A DNA stretch of 64,000 nt from Bacillota bacterium (GCA_050952625.1 JBMNLH010000001.1:1-64000), one strand, 5' to 3'; positions 31,475 to 41,511 are shown, numbered from the stretch's first letter. Notes: generated from the sequence alone by a model not told the origin. Translations and numbers: made by a program.

Positions 31475-31662
31475 AGGTAATATGCAAAATAAAGTTATTA
31501 AGATGAATAGGATTAAAGATACAAAGCATCAGATTTGAATAATCCGATGCTTTTGTTTTAGGATCATATTACCAAAGAGTGTATAATATCTTTAAGTATC
31601 TTGTCGATAATTAAATAAAGGGATAGATATATTAAATTTATGAAAGTAGGAGATGATTACCT

Positions 31663-32553
31663 ATGAAAAGTATATGTGAATGGAGTGAACTGTTATATAA
31701 AGATGTAACTGAAACTCCAAATATAATACCCGTTACAGATTCTTATGGAAATGGAGAACACGTGAACATTGATTATGATAATATCAAAATAAGCAATATG
31801 AAGATTGTAATGAAAAAGAATTTTGAAGCCGAATTATACTGCTCAACCTGTTCTGAATTAAGAAATACTGCAGTGAAGAACTTACATACTAATTTAAACT
31901 CAAACAAGATAGAAACAATAATAAAGGAAAGTCGATATAAAGATGATGCACCAAGATCATTTGAGGAATATTATAAGTTCATAATTAGCAAATTAAATGT
32001 TGCATTATCACCATCTTTGTGGGAGGTTACTTGTTTACAATGCAAATCAAAATCATATTTATTTATATATACTAACATTAATGGGCAGCAGATAATTCAC
32101 TTGTCTGAAACTATCAATGGAGTTTCTACTCCTAATACTCCTTATGAAGTATCTTATTATTTAGATCAAGCACATAAATCTAAAATTATTGGAGCAAATA
32201 GTGCTGCAGTTGTTATGTATAGAACTGCACTTGAACATCTCTTATATAATCAGGGTTATACAAAAGGAATGTTAAATGCAAAAATAAATGAATTAGAGAA
32301 TGGTATTAATAGCGGAACAGCACCAAGGTGGGCACTTAATTTAGATGTTGAAATATTAAAGATTATAAAAGACCTTGGGAATGGTGCTGCTCATACTAAT
32401 AAAGGCGATATAACTAAGCAATATTTATTTGATTCTGAAATTGTAAATAAACTGGATTTGGTTTTTAAATATCTATTAGAAGAAGTTTATGAAATAGAAA
32501 TAAAAAGAAATAAATTAGTAACAAAGTTAAAAGATGTGAGAAACCAAATATAG
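31663..32553 (+). CDS. DUF4145/HEPN-like protein with N-terminal Zn-ribbon
   Basis: CSTC/CLQC; AAVVMYRTALEHL; KDLGNGAAH. Confidence 0.65.
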   Translation: MKSICEWSELLYKDVTETPNIIPVTDSYGNGEHVNIDYDNIKISNMKIVMKKNFEAELYCSTCSELRNTAVKNLHTNLNSNKIETIIKESRYKDDAPRSFEEYYKFIISKLNVALSPSLWEVTCLQCKSKSYLFIYTNINGQQIIHLSETINGVSTPNTPYEVSYYLDQAHKSKIIGANSAAVVMYRTALEHLLYNQGYTKGMLNAKINELENGINSGTAPRWALNLDVEILKIIKDLGNGAAHTNKGDITKQYLFDSEIVNKLDLVFKYLLEEVYEIEIKRNKLVTKLKDVRNQI

Positions 32554-32705
32554 TTCTCAACGTAATTTCATATTATACACAATTTATCAAAAATAATAAT
32601 TAATAATGAAGATTATATATGAATGATATATAATACTATTAAGATAATAATTGGAACATAATGGTAGCATTGTGTTTTAGTATAAAGAACTTGGGGGGAG
32701 AGAAT

Positions 32706-33710
32706 ATGGCAACAACAGTAAATAATGCATTTGAGGAGTTTATGCGGGATAAAGTTAACTTGGATCAAGAAAAAACAAAAACTGCAAGGAAAAGTAGGGA
32801 CAACCTTATAGATAATATTCATAGTTTAAATTCTAATGAAGATTTTTTCAATTTGTACAATGACATTGATATTTCTTTTGGTTCATTTGGCAGAAGAACA
32901 AAAATAAGGCCTTTAGATGACATTGATATTATGATTGGGATAAGTGGTGATGGTAGCACTTATTATGATTCTGGTAATGACGTTAAAATCTATGTACAAA
33001 ACGATGACTCTGCACAAAAAGGGTGTTGCAATGAAAATACTAATGTTCTTAATTCTACTAAAGTCATTAATAAGTTTATAAGTGAACTTAAGGAATTTAA
33101 AGATTATAAGAAAGCAGAAACCCATAAGAATGGAGCAGCGGCAACTCTTCAACTTAAGTCTTATGAGTGGAACTTCGATATTGTGCCTTGCTTTCTTACA
33201 AGTGAAGAATCGAATGGAAGGAATTATTATTTAATACCAGATGGAAAAGGAAACTGGCAAAAAACAGATCCACGTAAAGACAGAGATAGAGTATCAACTT
33301 TGAATCAAAAACATAATGGGCTAATGCTAGAATCTATAAGATTAGTAAAGTATTGGAACAAAAGACCTACAATGCCACTGATGTCATCTTACGTATTAGA
33401 ATGTTTATTGCTACAATACTTCGATAGTGTAGATAGCGTGAATTCCTATATTGATATTAGGTTTAGAGATATCTTATTATACATTAAAGATAACATTTGG
33501 TCTTCTATAAATGATCCAAAAGAAATCCAAGGTGACTTAAACACACTTTCTTATGACGATAAACTGAAAATTTCTAATAAAGCAAAGAGTGATTACGATA
33601 AAGCAAATGATGCAATCTCTGCAGAGGTAGACGACAAAGATCAAGAAAAAGCAATTAAAAAATGGGGCGAAATATTTGGGAGCGAATTTCCAGAGTATTG
33701 TGAGGAGTAG
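32706..33710 (+). CDS. CBASS cGAS/DncV-like (SMODS) nucleotidyltransferase
   Basis: FGSFGRRTKIRPLDDIDIM, FDIVP, YLIPDG..W..TDP, LVKYW, W..IFG; ATG 32706 after GGGGAG. Confidence 0.88.
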   Translation: MATTVNNAFEEFMRDKVNLDQEKTKTARKSRDNLIDNIHSLNSNEDFFNLYNDIDISFGSFGRRTKIRPLDDIDIMIGISGDGSTYYDSGNDVKIYVQNDDSAQKGCCNENTNVLNSTKVINKFISELKEFKDYKKAETHKNGAAATLQLKSYEWNFDIVPCFLTSEESNGRNYYLIPDGKGNWQKTDPRKDRDRVSTLNQKHNGLMLESIRLVKYWNKRPTMPLMSSYVLECLLLQYFDSVDSVNSYIDIRFRDILLYIKDNIWSSINDPKEIQGDLNTLSYDDKLKISNKAKSDYDKANDAISAEVDDKDQEKAIKKWGEIFGSEFPEYCEE

Positions 33711-33716
33711 TTAAAA

Positions 33717-34622
33717 ATGAAGAATAACAATGAAATTAACCAAAGACAGAATTCAGAAGAAATTCTATCATATTTATTTACTCAGAGAAAATTATATTCA
33801 ATAAGTAAAAAAGTAGTTATATACTTATTTGTTTTGAATTTGATATTTTATTTTTTAGGATTAAGCGATAGTATTCAAAGTAATAATCGCTTTAAAGTAA
33901 TATATGTTTTCTGGGGATTAATTTTTAGTATATTATACATTAGAGAGAGTAATAGAATAAATACTGCTGCAACAATGCAGGAACTAATAGATAGAAAACT
34001 ATATGGTTTTGATGTAAATACGCCCTTTATAAAAAACTCATACTTACACCAAGTAGTCTTAAATACTAAGGCGAAATTTCCAAAAGAATATGAACATCAA
34101 GTAAGTCATAATGGGAAAGAAGGTGGCGTTAAGGATTGGTATTCAGATGTATCAGGCCTTCCACTAGAAAAAGCAATTATACTTTGCCAAATAGAGAATT
34201 GTGAATGGGAAATTAAATTAAGAAAGCATTTCCAAATATTAAATATATTATTGTTTATATTGATGATTGCTATATATGTTATTACTTATTGGAATAATAG
34301 TTTAGAAACTTTAGTAATAAAATTATATCCTATATTAACTATAGTGGCTGATAGATTAGGATATATTTATAAAAACAGTAATAATATTAGTGGAAGTAAA
34401 AGTATAAATGATTATTTGTATCAAATATATGATGATATTGAAAGATATGATAAAGAGGATATCATAAATAATGCAAAAGAAATTCAACATTGCATATATG
34501 AAAGAAGAAAAAACTTTGCTCCTATTCCTGATGCATTCTACAATTTGCATAGAGAGAAGTACCAAAATTTCTCAAATCAGTATATTTTTGATTTAAAGAA
34601 AAAGTTACAAAATTTATCTTAG
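33717..34622 (+). CDS. SMODS-associated 4TM effector (S-4TM)
   Basis: Two TM pairs; QELIDRKLYG, DWY, CQIENCEW, PIPDAFY; 6 nt after cyclase. Confidence 0.8.
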   Translation: MKNNNEINQRQNSEEILSYLFTQRKLYSISKKVVIYLFVLNLIFYFLGLSDSIQSNNRFKVIYVFWGLIFSILYIRESNRINTAATMQELIDRKLYGFDVNTPFIKNSYLHQVVLNTKAKFPKEYEHQVSHNGKEGGVKDWYSDVSGLPLEKAIILCQIENCEWEIKLRKHFQILNILLFILMIAIYVITYWNNSLETLVIKLYPILTIVADRLGYIYKNSNNISGSKSINDYLYQIYDDIERYDKEDIINNAKEIQHCIYERRKNFAPIPDAFYNLHREKYQNFSNQYIFDLKKKLQNLS

Positions 34623-34687
34623 TGTTGTTTAATACTTTTTATTAGCCAATATTATGGAAAATTGTAGATGGGGAAACAAACTCTAAT

Positions 34688-35491
34688 TTGAAGGTGATAT
34701 TGTTGAAAGCAGAAATAAAAGGGAAAATAAGTTCAACAGGTTCTAATCTTAGTGAACGATTAGAAGATAAACTTACGGGGGACTTTTTTGGTTCCTTAAG
34801 GTATATCCCCTTTAACAAAGCAACAAAAAGTATCCTATCAAAGGCGAAAATTTTAAAGGAAAACTATACTCAAATACTTGATACGGTTAATAAATTAGAT
34901 ATTGATTATTGGGATAATAATATTGAGTTTTGGCCATATGACTCTTTAGGAGAATTAGATGTACTTCTTGATTTTGAAGAAATAGTAATCGGTATCGAAG
35001 TCAAATTATATAGTGGATTATCTTCAGATGATGGAGTTGATAATTCAGTCTATGATTATGTGGCTGAGAGCAGCCATCAATTATCCAGAGAGTCAAGGAT
35101 ATTGAATAAAAAAATAATGGGTACCAAAAAATCTGCATTTTTAATATTTATTGCACCGGAGTATAACTGCTATCCTATTTGTAAAGAGGCATATGAAAGA
35201 AACATTATTGAAGATAGCGTTGTTATTGGTTATTTACCGTGGGAAGAGATACTGGCAGTTCTGGAAAATGAAGTTATTTCAGAAGAATTAACAAAATATG
35301 AAAAATTGATAATACAGGATCTTATCGAATTACTGAAAAGGAAGGGACTAGAAAGGTTTAGGAATTTTGATATTGAATGCCCAAATATTGATTCTGATCT
35401 ATATTTTGAGTTTGAAGGGAAGGAAATTATTGATATAGATTTCACTTTTAACCATAGGGTTGTAACGGAGGGGTATTATGAATTTAAGTGA
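34688..35491 (+). CDS. PD-(D/E)XK nuclease-like protein
   Basis: EDKLTG..FG.LRY, ELDVLL...IGIEVK, QL.RE. Confidence 0.65.
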   Translation: MKVILLKAEIKGKISSTGSNLSERLEDKLTGDFFGSLRYIPFNKATKSILSKAKILKENYTQILDTVNKLDIDYWDNNIEFWPYDSLGELDVLLDFEEIVIGIEVKLYSGLSSDDGVDNSVYDYVAESSHQLSRESRILNKKIMGTKKSAFLIFIAPEYNCYPICKEAYERNIIEDSVVIGYLPWEEILAVLENEVISEELTKYEKLIIQDLIELLKRKGLERFRNFDIECPNIDSDLYFEFEGKEIIDIDFTFNHRVVTEGYYEFK

Positions 35492-36056
35492 GAATATTAA
35501 AAATGCATTTAATGTTATAGACAAGACATATGAAAATGTAGATAAATTAATGAGGTATTGTGATTCTATCGCCAATGATTGTGGCTATGAGTCTGTAACA
35601 GATAAGTTTTTAAGATATAAATCAGATTCATACTACGGTGGATGGTTTATTCGCAGTTTTATAAAGTTATATCAGTTAGAAAATGATAAAAGGTTAGAAA
35701 ATGATTGGAAAAATGGACCTATATTTGCAATGGAATTAAGTTTTGAAGATACTCCGATAGTTTACTTGTCAAAATTTGAATATGGAGATATATCCCAATG
35801 GACTAAAGGCGCAATATCACCTACATCATATTGGGTATTTTCTGAACCAATAGATTGTCAAGGAAGTAATTTTAAAGAAAAGAATTTAGATAATACGAAT
35901 GGTTATTTCATTTCTGAACCTGAAACTGAGAATATTAAGAACAAATATTGGGGAGTTAAAAGAGTAGTTTATACAACAACTGATTTATTACAGTTGGAAT
36001 CGAATAATATTTCAGATAAAGTATTTGGTGAGTTTAATATATTAAGAAACTTATAA
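35478..36056 (+). CDS. hypothetical protein coupled to the nuclease gene
   Basis: 192 aa, overlaps upstream stop. Confidence 0.7.
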   Translation: MNLSENIKNAFNVIDKTYENVDKLMRYCDSIANDCGYESVTDKFLRYKSDSYYGGWFIRSFIKLYQLENDKRLENDWKNGPIFAMELSFEDTPIVYLSKFEYGDISQWTKGAISPTSYWVFSEPIDCQGSNFKEKNLDNTNGYFISEPETENIKNKYWGVKRVVYTTTDLLQLESNNISDKVFGEFNILRNL

Positions 36057-36159
36057 AAAGATATTAATTATGAAGTCATAGTATTAGTTATGTTTTTAAA
36101 TAGTTCTTGGATATATTCAATTAGTACTTGACAAAAAAAGACTGGTTGAGGAGTGAAAG

Positions 36160-36918
36160 ATGATGTATCAGATAAACAGTAAACCTTTATTGATGGCATC
36201 TGATAAATATGTAATGTTGAGAGAGAAGTACGACTATAATTCTCCAGACTGTAAATTAGAAATTGTGAAAACAGGTAACATATATAATGTAGGAAAGTTT
36301 ATTGGAATATTTGCAAGAGAAGTACCAAATGGAAATCCTAATGGTATAAATATTAGAAGATTTGAAAGTATTGTACAAGAAGTATTTCAAGATTGCTATA
36401 TTGCATTTATCTCCAATAATCTTACAAATAATCATATAATAAATTTAAAGCAAATATCTTCAGCAATTGTATATTGGAAAATGACAAGTCAAGGTGGGCG
36501 TGCTAAATTAAAGGTGGACAATGTCTTGGCTAAGTGGAATGCTGACACGGTAAATCAGTTAATGAATGCATATGAGAAAAAGGATATGTCACTTTTCCGA
36601 ATTGGAGGAGTTAGAATACCTACAGCAACAACATTTATGCGGTTCCTGTTTCCAAATGATTTTGGAGTGATGGACTCCCGTGTAGTAGGCAATGATACAC
36701 AACCTAATGGTATAACGACTCTTAGCCTAAGAAATGATGGTTATATAAATGATACTAAGCAAAATATAATAAAGTATGAAACGGAATATATAATATTTCT
36801 AAGGGTACAGGCAGCATCCCTTAATAAGTTAGGTATAAAATTTCGAGATGTTGATGACCAGGGGGAAATATTTTTATCAACATTTCGTTCTTCCGATATC
36901 GAAATGAGTTTATTCTAA
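36160..36918 (+). CDS. HhH-GPD DNA-glycosylase-like protein
   Basis: IGGVRIPTAT HhH-like motif followed by P..FGVMDSRV. Confidence 0.5.
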   Translation: MMYQINSKPLLMASDKYVMLREKYDYNSPDCKLEIVKTGNIYNVGKFIGIFAREVPNGNPNGINIRRFESIVQEVFQDCYIAFISNNLTNNHIINLKQISSAIVYWKMTSQGGRAKLKVDNVLAKWNADTVNQLMNAYEKKDMSLFRIGGVRIPTATTFMRFLFPNDFGVMDSRVVGNDTQPNGITTLSLRNDGYINDTKQNIIKYETEYIIFLRVQAASLNKLGIKFRDVDDQGEIFLSTFRSSDIEMSLF

Positions 36919-36979
36919 ACAATAATTTTCAATAGGATAAAGTTAAAGGCTGGATATAGGTGAAAAAGGGTGTGAAACA

Positions 36980-37531
36980 ATGAAAAATAAAATTGAAGTC
37001 AGGAATATGATTGAAACGGACCAGAAGCAAATAAATACAGAAGTGAAATTTTTAAAAGATGGAGAACATACATATCGATATATGCTAAAAAAGCAATGGG
37101 GCGAAGGTGAAAAAACTGCGGCAATTATAATGTTAAATCCTAGCAAGGCAGATTCTTTAAAATTGGATCTAACGGTTATGAATGTTACGAATTATCTTGT
37201 GGATAATGGGTTTAGCGGTATGTCCATAGTTAATTTGTTTTCATATATGTCTACTAATCCTAACAATTTAAAATATAGAAATCAAGATTATGAAGGAATT
37301 AATATTGAATACATAGAGCAAGCATTTGAAGATGCATCAATAATAATCATTGCTTGGACAAGAGGTGAAAAGATAACTGAGAAGAGAAAAATTAAAGGTA
37401 TATTAAAGAAATATGAACATAAGTTGAAATGTTTTAAAGATGGTAATGAGAAAATAATGAGGCATCCGAGCAGAGGATTTAATGATAAGTGGACCTTAGT
37501 AGATTATAATTTTGATATAGAAGGGTTATAA
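36980..37531 (+). CDS. DUF1643-family protein
   Basis: YRY.L...W, IMLNPSKAD, D.T, NLFS, IIAW, RHP motifs. Confidence 0.75.
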   Translation: MKNKIEVRNMIETDQKQINTEVKFLKDGEHTYRYMLKKQWGEGEKTAAIIMLNPSKADSLKLDLTVMNVTNYLVDNGFSGMSIVNLFSYMSTNPNNLKYRNQDYEGINIEYIEQAFEDASIIIIAWTRGEKITEKRKIKGILKKYEHKLKCFKDGNEKIMRHPSRGFNDKWTLVDYNFDIEGL

Positions 37532-37593
37532 ATTTTCATTAATTAAATGAAGGAAAAGGAATACCTTTAGTATACGAAATGAGGAGTGAGTAA

Positions 37594-38439
37594 ATGACGC
37601 CAGAGAAAAGTCTACATTATACAATGATTAAATACTTAGATATAGAAGGTGAAACTGAACTAAGTAACTTTATTAAACACTCAAAAATAGTATATGATAG
37701 GCGTTGGGATTATTCAGGTATTGTATCAAATCAAAGAAAGATGTTCATTAATATAAAAACACCTATTGAATTTAAAAAGATTTTAGAAGGTAATCTAAAG
37801 AAGTTAGAGAAAATTTGTTTCGAGATATATGAAGATGATGATGAATATGCTGCGGTAGGTGTTTATATAAGTACATTAGCCTATAACATTACAAGTGTAG
37901 AAATTGATGAAATTGAAAATGAAATTGTGGAGGATTCAATTTATCAGAACTTTATATTGGAAATCTCAAGTATGGATATTGATCAGATTGAAAGGAAATA
38001 TTTATATGAGGCTTGTGAATGTGCTATAAGAAATAATAGATTAGCAGCGAGTACAATGCTAGGATGTGCTGCTGAATACTTATTAATAAATCTAAGCAAC
38101 GCATACTACCAGTATTTAGAGAACAATGGAACCTCTAATGAAATTGAAAATTTTAAACGCAAAGTTGTTAATGCAAAATCTGCTTATGATAGACTCGATG
38201 AATTTGAAAAAAGGATAGAATCAAATATAGGTATATTTCAAGAAGTAGGGTTTGAAAATCCGAAATTGAATTTTAACTTTTTAGATATTATACGAAAAGT
38301 AAGGAACCAATCTGGACATCCTACAGGACTAGAGGTTTCTGAAGGAGATTTAAAAATGTTTTTCGGCAATTATCAACACTTTATAAAATTGGCTCATAAA
38401 CTAATTGATGTATTACCTACATATAGTGTTGAGGGGTAG
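37594..38439 (+). CDS. HEPN-like domain protein
   Basis: AASTMLGCAAE and RNQSGH (Rx4H) motif. Confidence 0.55.
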   Translation: MTPEKSLHYTMIKYLDIEGETELSNFIKHSKIVYDRRWDYSGIVSNQRKMFINIKTPIEFKKILEGNLKKLEKICFEIYEDDDEYAAVGVYISTLAYNITSVEIDEIENEIVEDSIYQNFILEISSMDIDQIERKYLYEACECAIRNNRLAASTMLGCAAEYLLINLSNAYYQYLENNGTSNEIENFKRKVVNAKSAYDRLDEFEKRIESNIGIFQEVGFENPKLNFNFLDIIRKVRNQSGHPTGLEVSEGDLKMFFGNYQHFIKLAHKLIDVLPTYSVEG

Positions 38440-38453
38440 ATGTATTTGTTCGT

Positions 38454-38500
38454 TGTCGACTTATAAGAAAGTCGATTCAGAATTACAAAATATGTTCACG
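38454..38500 (+). mobile_element. degenerate internal Tn7-like end
   Basis: TGTCGACTTATAAGAAAGTCGATTCAGAATTACAAAATATGTTCACG, close copy of the end at 40592. Confidence 0.55.
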
Positions 38501-38546
38501 AATAAAACCGGTATAAATATAGATTATTTATGGGAGTGGAAGAACT

Positions 38547-39668
38547 ATGGTTGAAGGGAATTCAGTACAACCTGTTAAGATTGAGTTAGAAGTATTAAAT
38601 ACACTAGATGGAAACGATGTTATTAGTCGGAAAGAAACCGAAATAGATTCTCAATTAATTGATGGGTTAATAAATTTAGTAAAGTCTAAAGATAATTTTT
38701 CTTCAATTAAGGAAGCCCCTGAAAATGTAAAAGATCTGTATGAAGTGGTTATTAAACCACATCTTCAGGAAGGAATAGATTCAGGAAATTTAGAATGGAA
38801 TGGTGTTAGTGCTCAGATACGAAACAAGAAGAATGGGGAAATAGCAGGAAATATTGAACTATCAAAACACGAATTAGAGCAGGTGGTTCCCAATAAAAGT
38901 GCAATAAGTAATGCAACCAAAGCCATATGCAGTGTTGCAGGACAAATGCAATTAGTTGAAATTACGCAAAGATTAGAACAGATATCAGAGAAGATAGATT
39001 TATTAATAGAAAATGAAAGAGATAAAACAAACGCAAGACTAACTGGCACTTTAAAGACTTTGCAGAAAGCATTAATGATTGATGACAATAGTTCCTTTAA
39101 ATTTGCTAGAATCGACAGATGTATTGATAGATTGCAGGAGTTAGTAGATTATTTTGAAATAAAAATTGATAAGGACTTAAACAAAGAAATAAAAAGGAGT
39201 ATGCTAGAGTCTATCATTGACAGTTTTAAACCTTCAAATAGGCAAGATATAAAATTTTACGATTCTATGAAGAAATGGTTGGATAATAGCAACTATTATA
39301 TTCAAGGGTATGTTTACTCTAAATGTGCATTAGCAAAATGCTATGAGGTCATCGAGGGCATTGAAGAAGGTCAGAGAGAACTTTATGAATGCAAACAAGT
39401 TTACAATGAATATCTTTTACGAATAGGTGAAAAAGTTACATATTTGCTTAAGGAGAAAGGATTATCAGTATCTGAAAGTCAAGACATTAATCAAGTTATT
39501 GATTACATAAGTAAAAGGCAAAAACATTCAAGGATAAAAATGAATCTGATTAAATTAAAGGAAAATACTGTTAAAGGTAATGATGATATTAGCAAACTTG
39601 ATACTCAAGGAACAGGTTCAATTATTTTGGAACTGCAGGATATACAAGGTCTAGATAAGGAGGATTAA
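38547..39668 (+). CDS. helical/coiled-coil hypothetical protein
   Basis: 373 aa ORF, GGAG RBS. Confidence 0.75.
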   Translation: MVEGNSVQPVKIELEVLNTLDGNDVISRKETEIDSQLIDGLINLVKSKDNFSSIKEAPENVKDLYEVVIKPHLQEGIDSGNLEWNGVSAQIRNKKNGEIAGNIELSKHELEQVVPNKSAISNATKAICSVAGQMQLVEITQRLEQISEKIDLLIENERDKTNARLTGTLKTLQKALMIDDNSSFKFARIDRCIDRLQELVDYFEIKIDKDLNKEIKRSMLESIIDSFKPSNRQDIKFYDSMKKWLDNSNYYIQGYVYSKCALAKCYEVIEGIEEGQRELYECKQVYNEYLLRIGEKVTYLLKEKGLSVSESQDINQVIDYISKRQKHSRIKMNLIKLKENTVKGNDDISKLDTQGTGSIILELQDIQGLDKED

Positions 39669-39669
39669 A

Positions 39670-39969
39670 ATGCTTGAGGGATTCTGTTTAAATTGTCAGA
39701 AGAAGTCTTATTTTACCCATATAAAAAACAACACATATAAATGTAGTTTTTGCGGGATTGAATTTAAAAAGTGTAAAAACAAAAAGCACAATTGCTTAAA
39801 TATGATAAATATTAAAAATCCTTCAGGATATTGTGATGACTGTATTAATAATGGGATAAAAGTTGGTAGAGTAGGACCAATTGCTGTTCTTGGTGGCATA
39901 GGTGTCTTTGCTTGGAAAAATAAAGGCAAAATTATTAAAGTTGCATCTAAAGTTATCAAAAGAGTATAA
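39670..39969 (+). CDS. Cys-rich zinc-finger protein with C-terminal hydrophobic/basic helix
   Basis: CLNC, CSFC, C...C, CDDC; IAVLGGIGVFAW. Confidence 0.7.
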   Translation: MLEGFCLNCQKKSYFTHIKNNTYKCSFCGIEFKKCKNKKHNCLNMINIKNPSGYCDDCINNGIKVGRVGPIAVLGGIGVFAWKNKGKIIKVASKVIKRV

Positions 39970-40056
39970 AAAATAGTAGATATAAAAAATTAATACGTTT
40001 GCTCATAAGGAGAGGGAAGAATGTATTAACTATATTAGAATGGAGGAAAACATAAT

Positions 40057-40329
40057 ATGAAAGAACAATTTGAAAGGTATCTGATAGATTGTGGATATAA
40101 GCAAATAACTCCAAGTGGTAATCCTAGCACGGTTTATGATTATATCAAAAGAATTGATAAGATTTGTGAATGGGAGAATATCTCTTGGGAACAACTGGCT
40201 ACTAATATACATATAATTCTACCGCAATATGATGTTGGAGGTAATAAAGAGGATTTGGGGAAAAAGTCACACAATGCAGTAATAAATGCTTTGAGACGTT
40301 TTTCAGATTATGTAATCCAAAACCTTTAA
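40057..40329 (+). CDS. hypothetical protein
   Basis: 90 aa, GGAGG RBS. Confidence 0.7.
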   Translation: MKEQFERYLIDCGYKQITPSGNPSTVYDYIKRIDKICEWENISWEQLATNIHIILPQYDVGGNKEDLGKKSHNAVINALRRFSDYVIQNL

Positions 40330-40591
40330 AAGTACGAAGATAAATAGAAGTCTGGAATTTTGGGAATTAAATTTAAGGCTTCTGAGACGATTCTTCTAAA
40401 GAAGTATGGACATTTTATAAATTTAAACGTATATCTGAATCTCTAATCTGGAAAGACGAATATAGCACACATTAAGTAAAATATTATATAGTATATTTAG
40501 GTCAATAAAATACCCTATATATAATGTAGGAAAAATTTTATTAATAACTAAATATATTAATTATAATTATTCAATAGATTTATTTGTTCAT

Positions 40592-41052
40592 TGTCGACTT
40601 CCAAGAAAGTCGGTTCAAAATTACAAAGTTTGTTCACGAAAGATACCGAGCGTCAGACTGGGAAACCAGCCTGGCGTTTTTTATTTGTGCAAAAATAGAT
40701 CCACCCGCCACAAACATTCCGAAATCCAAAACCCCCTATTTCCCCGCAGCCTTGTAAAATCAATATATATAAAAATATAAATAAATATCCTCCCTATGCA
40801 TATCGCACTTACATCTCATATAATTGTTCCTATTTTTCCACGAGCAAACTTTGTCATTCTTCACTGCTCACGAGCAAACTCGCTTGTCATTTTCTCATTT
40901 TTTATATCTTTTTTTATATTTTTTAAGGTAATAAAACCCGAGAGCAAACTTTGTCACTACAAGGGAAGAAACAGCGAGAAGCCTTGCAACAACTACATTT
41001 CATCACGAGCAAACTTTGTCACTACGTGAGCAAACTTATTTGTAACTACACA
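40592..41052 (+). mobile_element. mini-Tn7-like unit 1 / distal end of the large element
   Basis: TGT at 40592 with TTACAAAGTTTG 29 nt later; five GAGCAAACT sites (~40842-41036); ends ...TGTAACTACACA at 41052. Confidence 0.65.
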
Positions 41053-41057
41053 GATAT

Positions 41058-41511
41058 TGTTTATTTACACTCGAGTTTGTTTACAATTACAAAGTTTGCT
41101 TATCGCAAGCGCCAACCGTCAGGGGGTTCATTCCCTTTGGCGGTTTTTTGTTGTGTAAAAAAGCATATAAGAATGTATAAATTATTAAATCCGGACGCAG
41201 TTTTAATCCCTCGTAAGCCTGTATAATTCGTATGTGTAGGTGGTTTCGATATTTCCTCCCGTAGGTTATACCCTGCGTATGAATACTCATTACCTTCCAC
41301 GAGCAAACTTTGTCATTCTTCACTGCTCACGAGCAAACTCGCTTGTCATTTTCTCATTTTTTATATCTTTTTTTATATTTTTTAAGGTAATAAAACCCGA
41401 GAGCAAACTTTGTCACTACAAGGGAAGAAACAGCGAGAAGCCTTGCAACAACTACATTTCATCACGAGCAAACTTTGTAACTACGTGAGCAAACTTATTT
41501 GTAACTGAACA
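41058..41511 (+). mobile_element. 454-bp non-autonomous mini-Tn7-like element
   Basis: TGTTTATTTACACTCGAGTTTG...TTACAAAGTTTGCT end; other end 41295-41511 is a 217-bp copy (3 mismatches seen) of 40836-41052; no plausible gene. Confidence 0.75.

Larger units (their letters stand above)
1..41511 (+). mobile_element. Tn7-like transposon/genomic island (tns-proximal end outside the window; distal end at 41052 or 41511)
   Basis: tnsC-tniQ/tnsD at window start; AT-rich cargo; ACA termini preceded by repeated GAGCAAACTTTGT sites; visibly higher GC after ~41.6 kb. Confidence 0.85.

Noticed and set aside
30945-36945. Further dif-like candidates near 30950, 31600, 36060 and 36915
   Set aside because: Only one arm matches; not distinguishable from chance in AT-rich DNA
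40796-41488. ORFs of 68-91 aa, two of them near-identical
   Set aside because: They are translations of the duplicated transposon end and lack RBSs
1-41511. CRISPR-associated transposon (CAST)
   Set aside because: No cas genes or repeat-spacer array seen; the GAGCAAACT repeats are irregularly spaced TnsB-type sites
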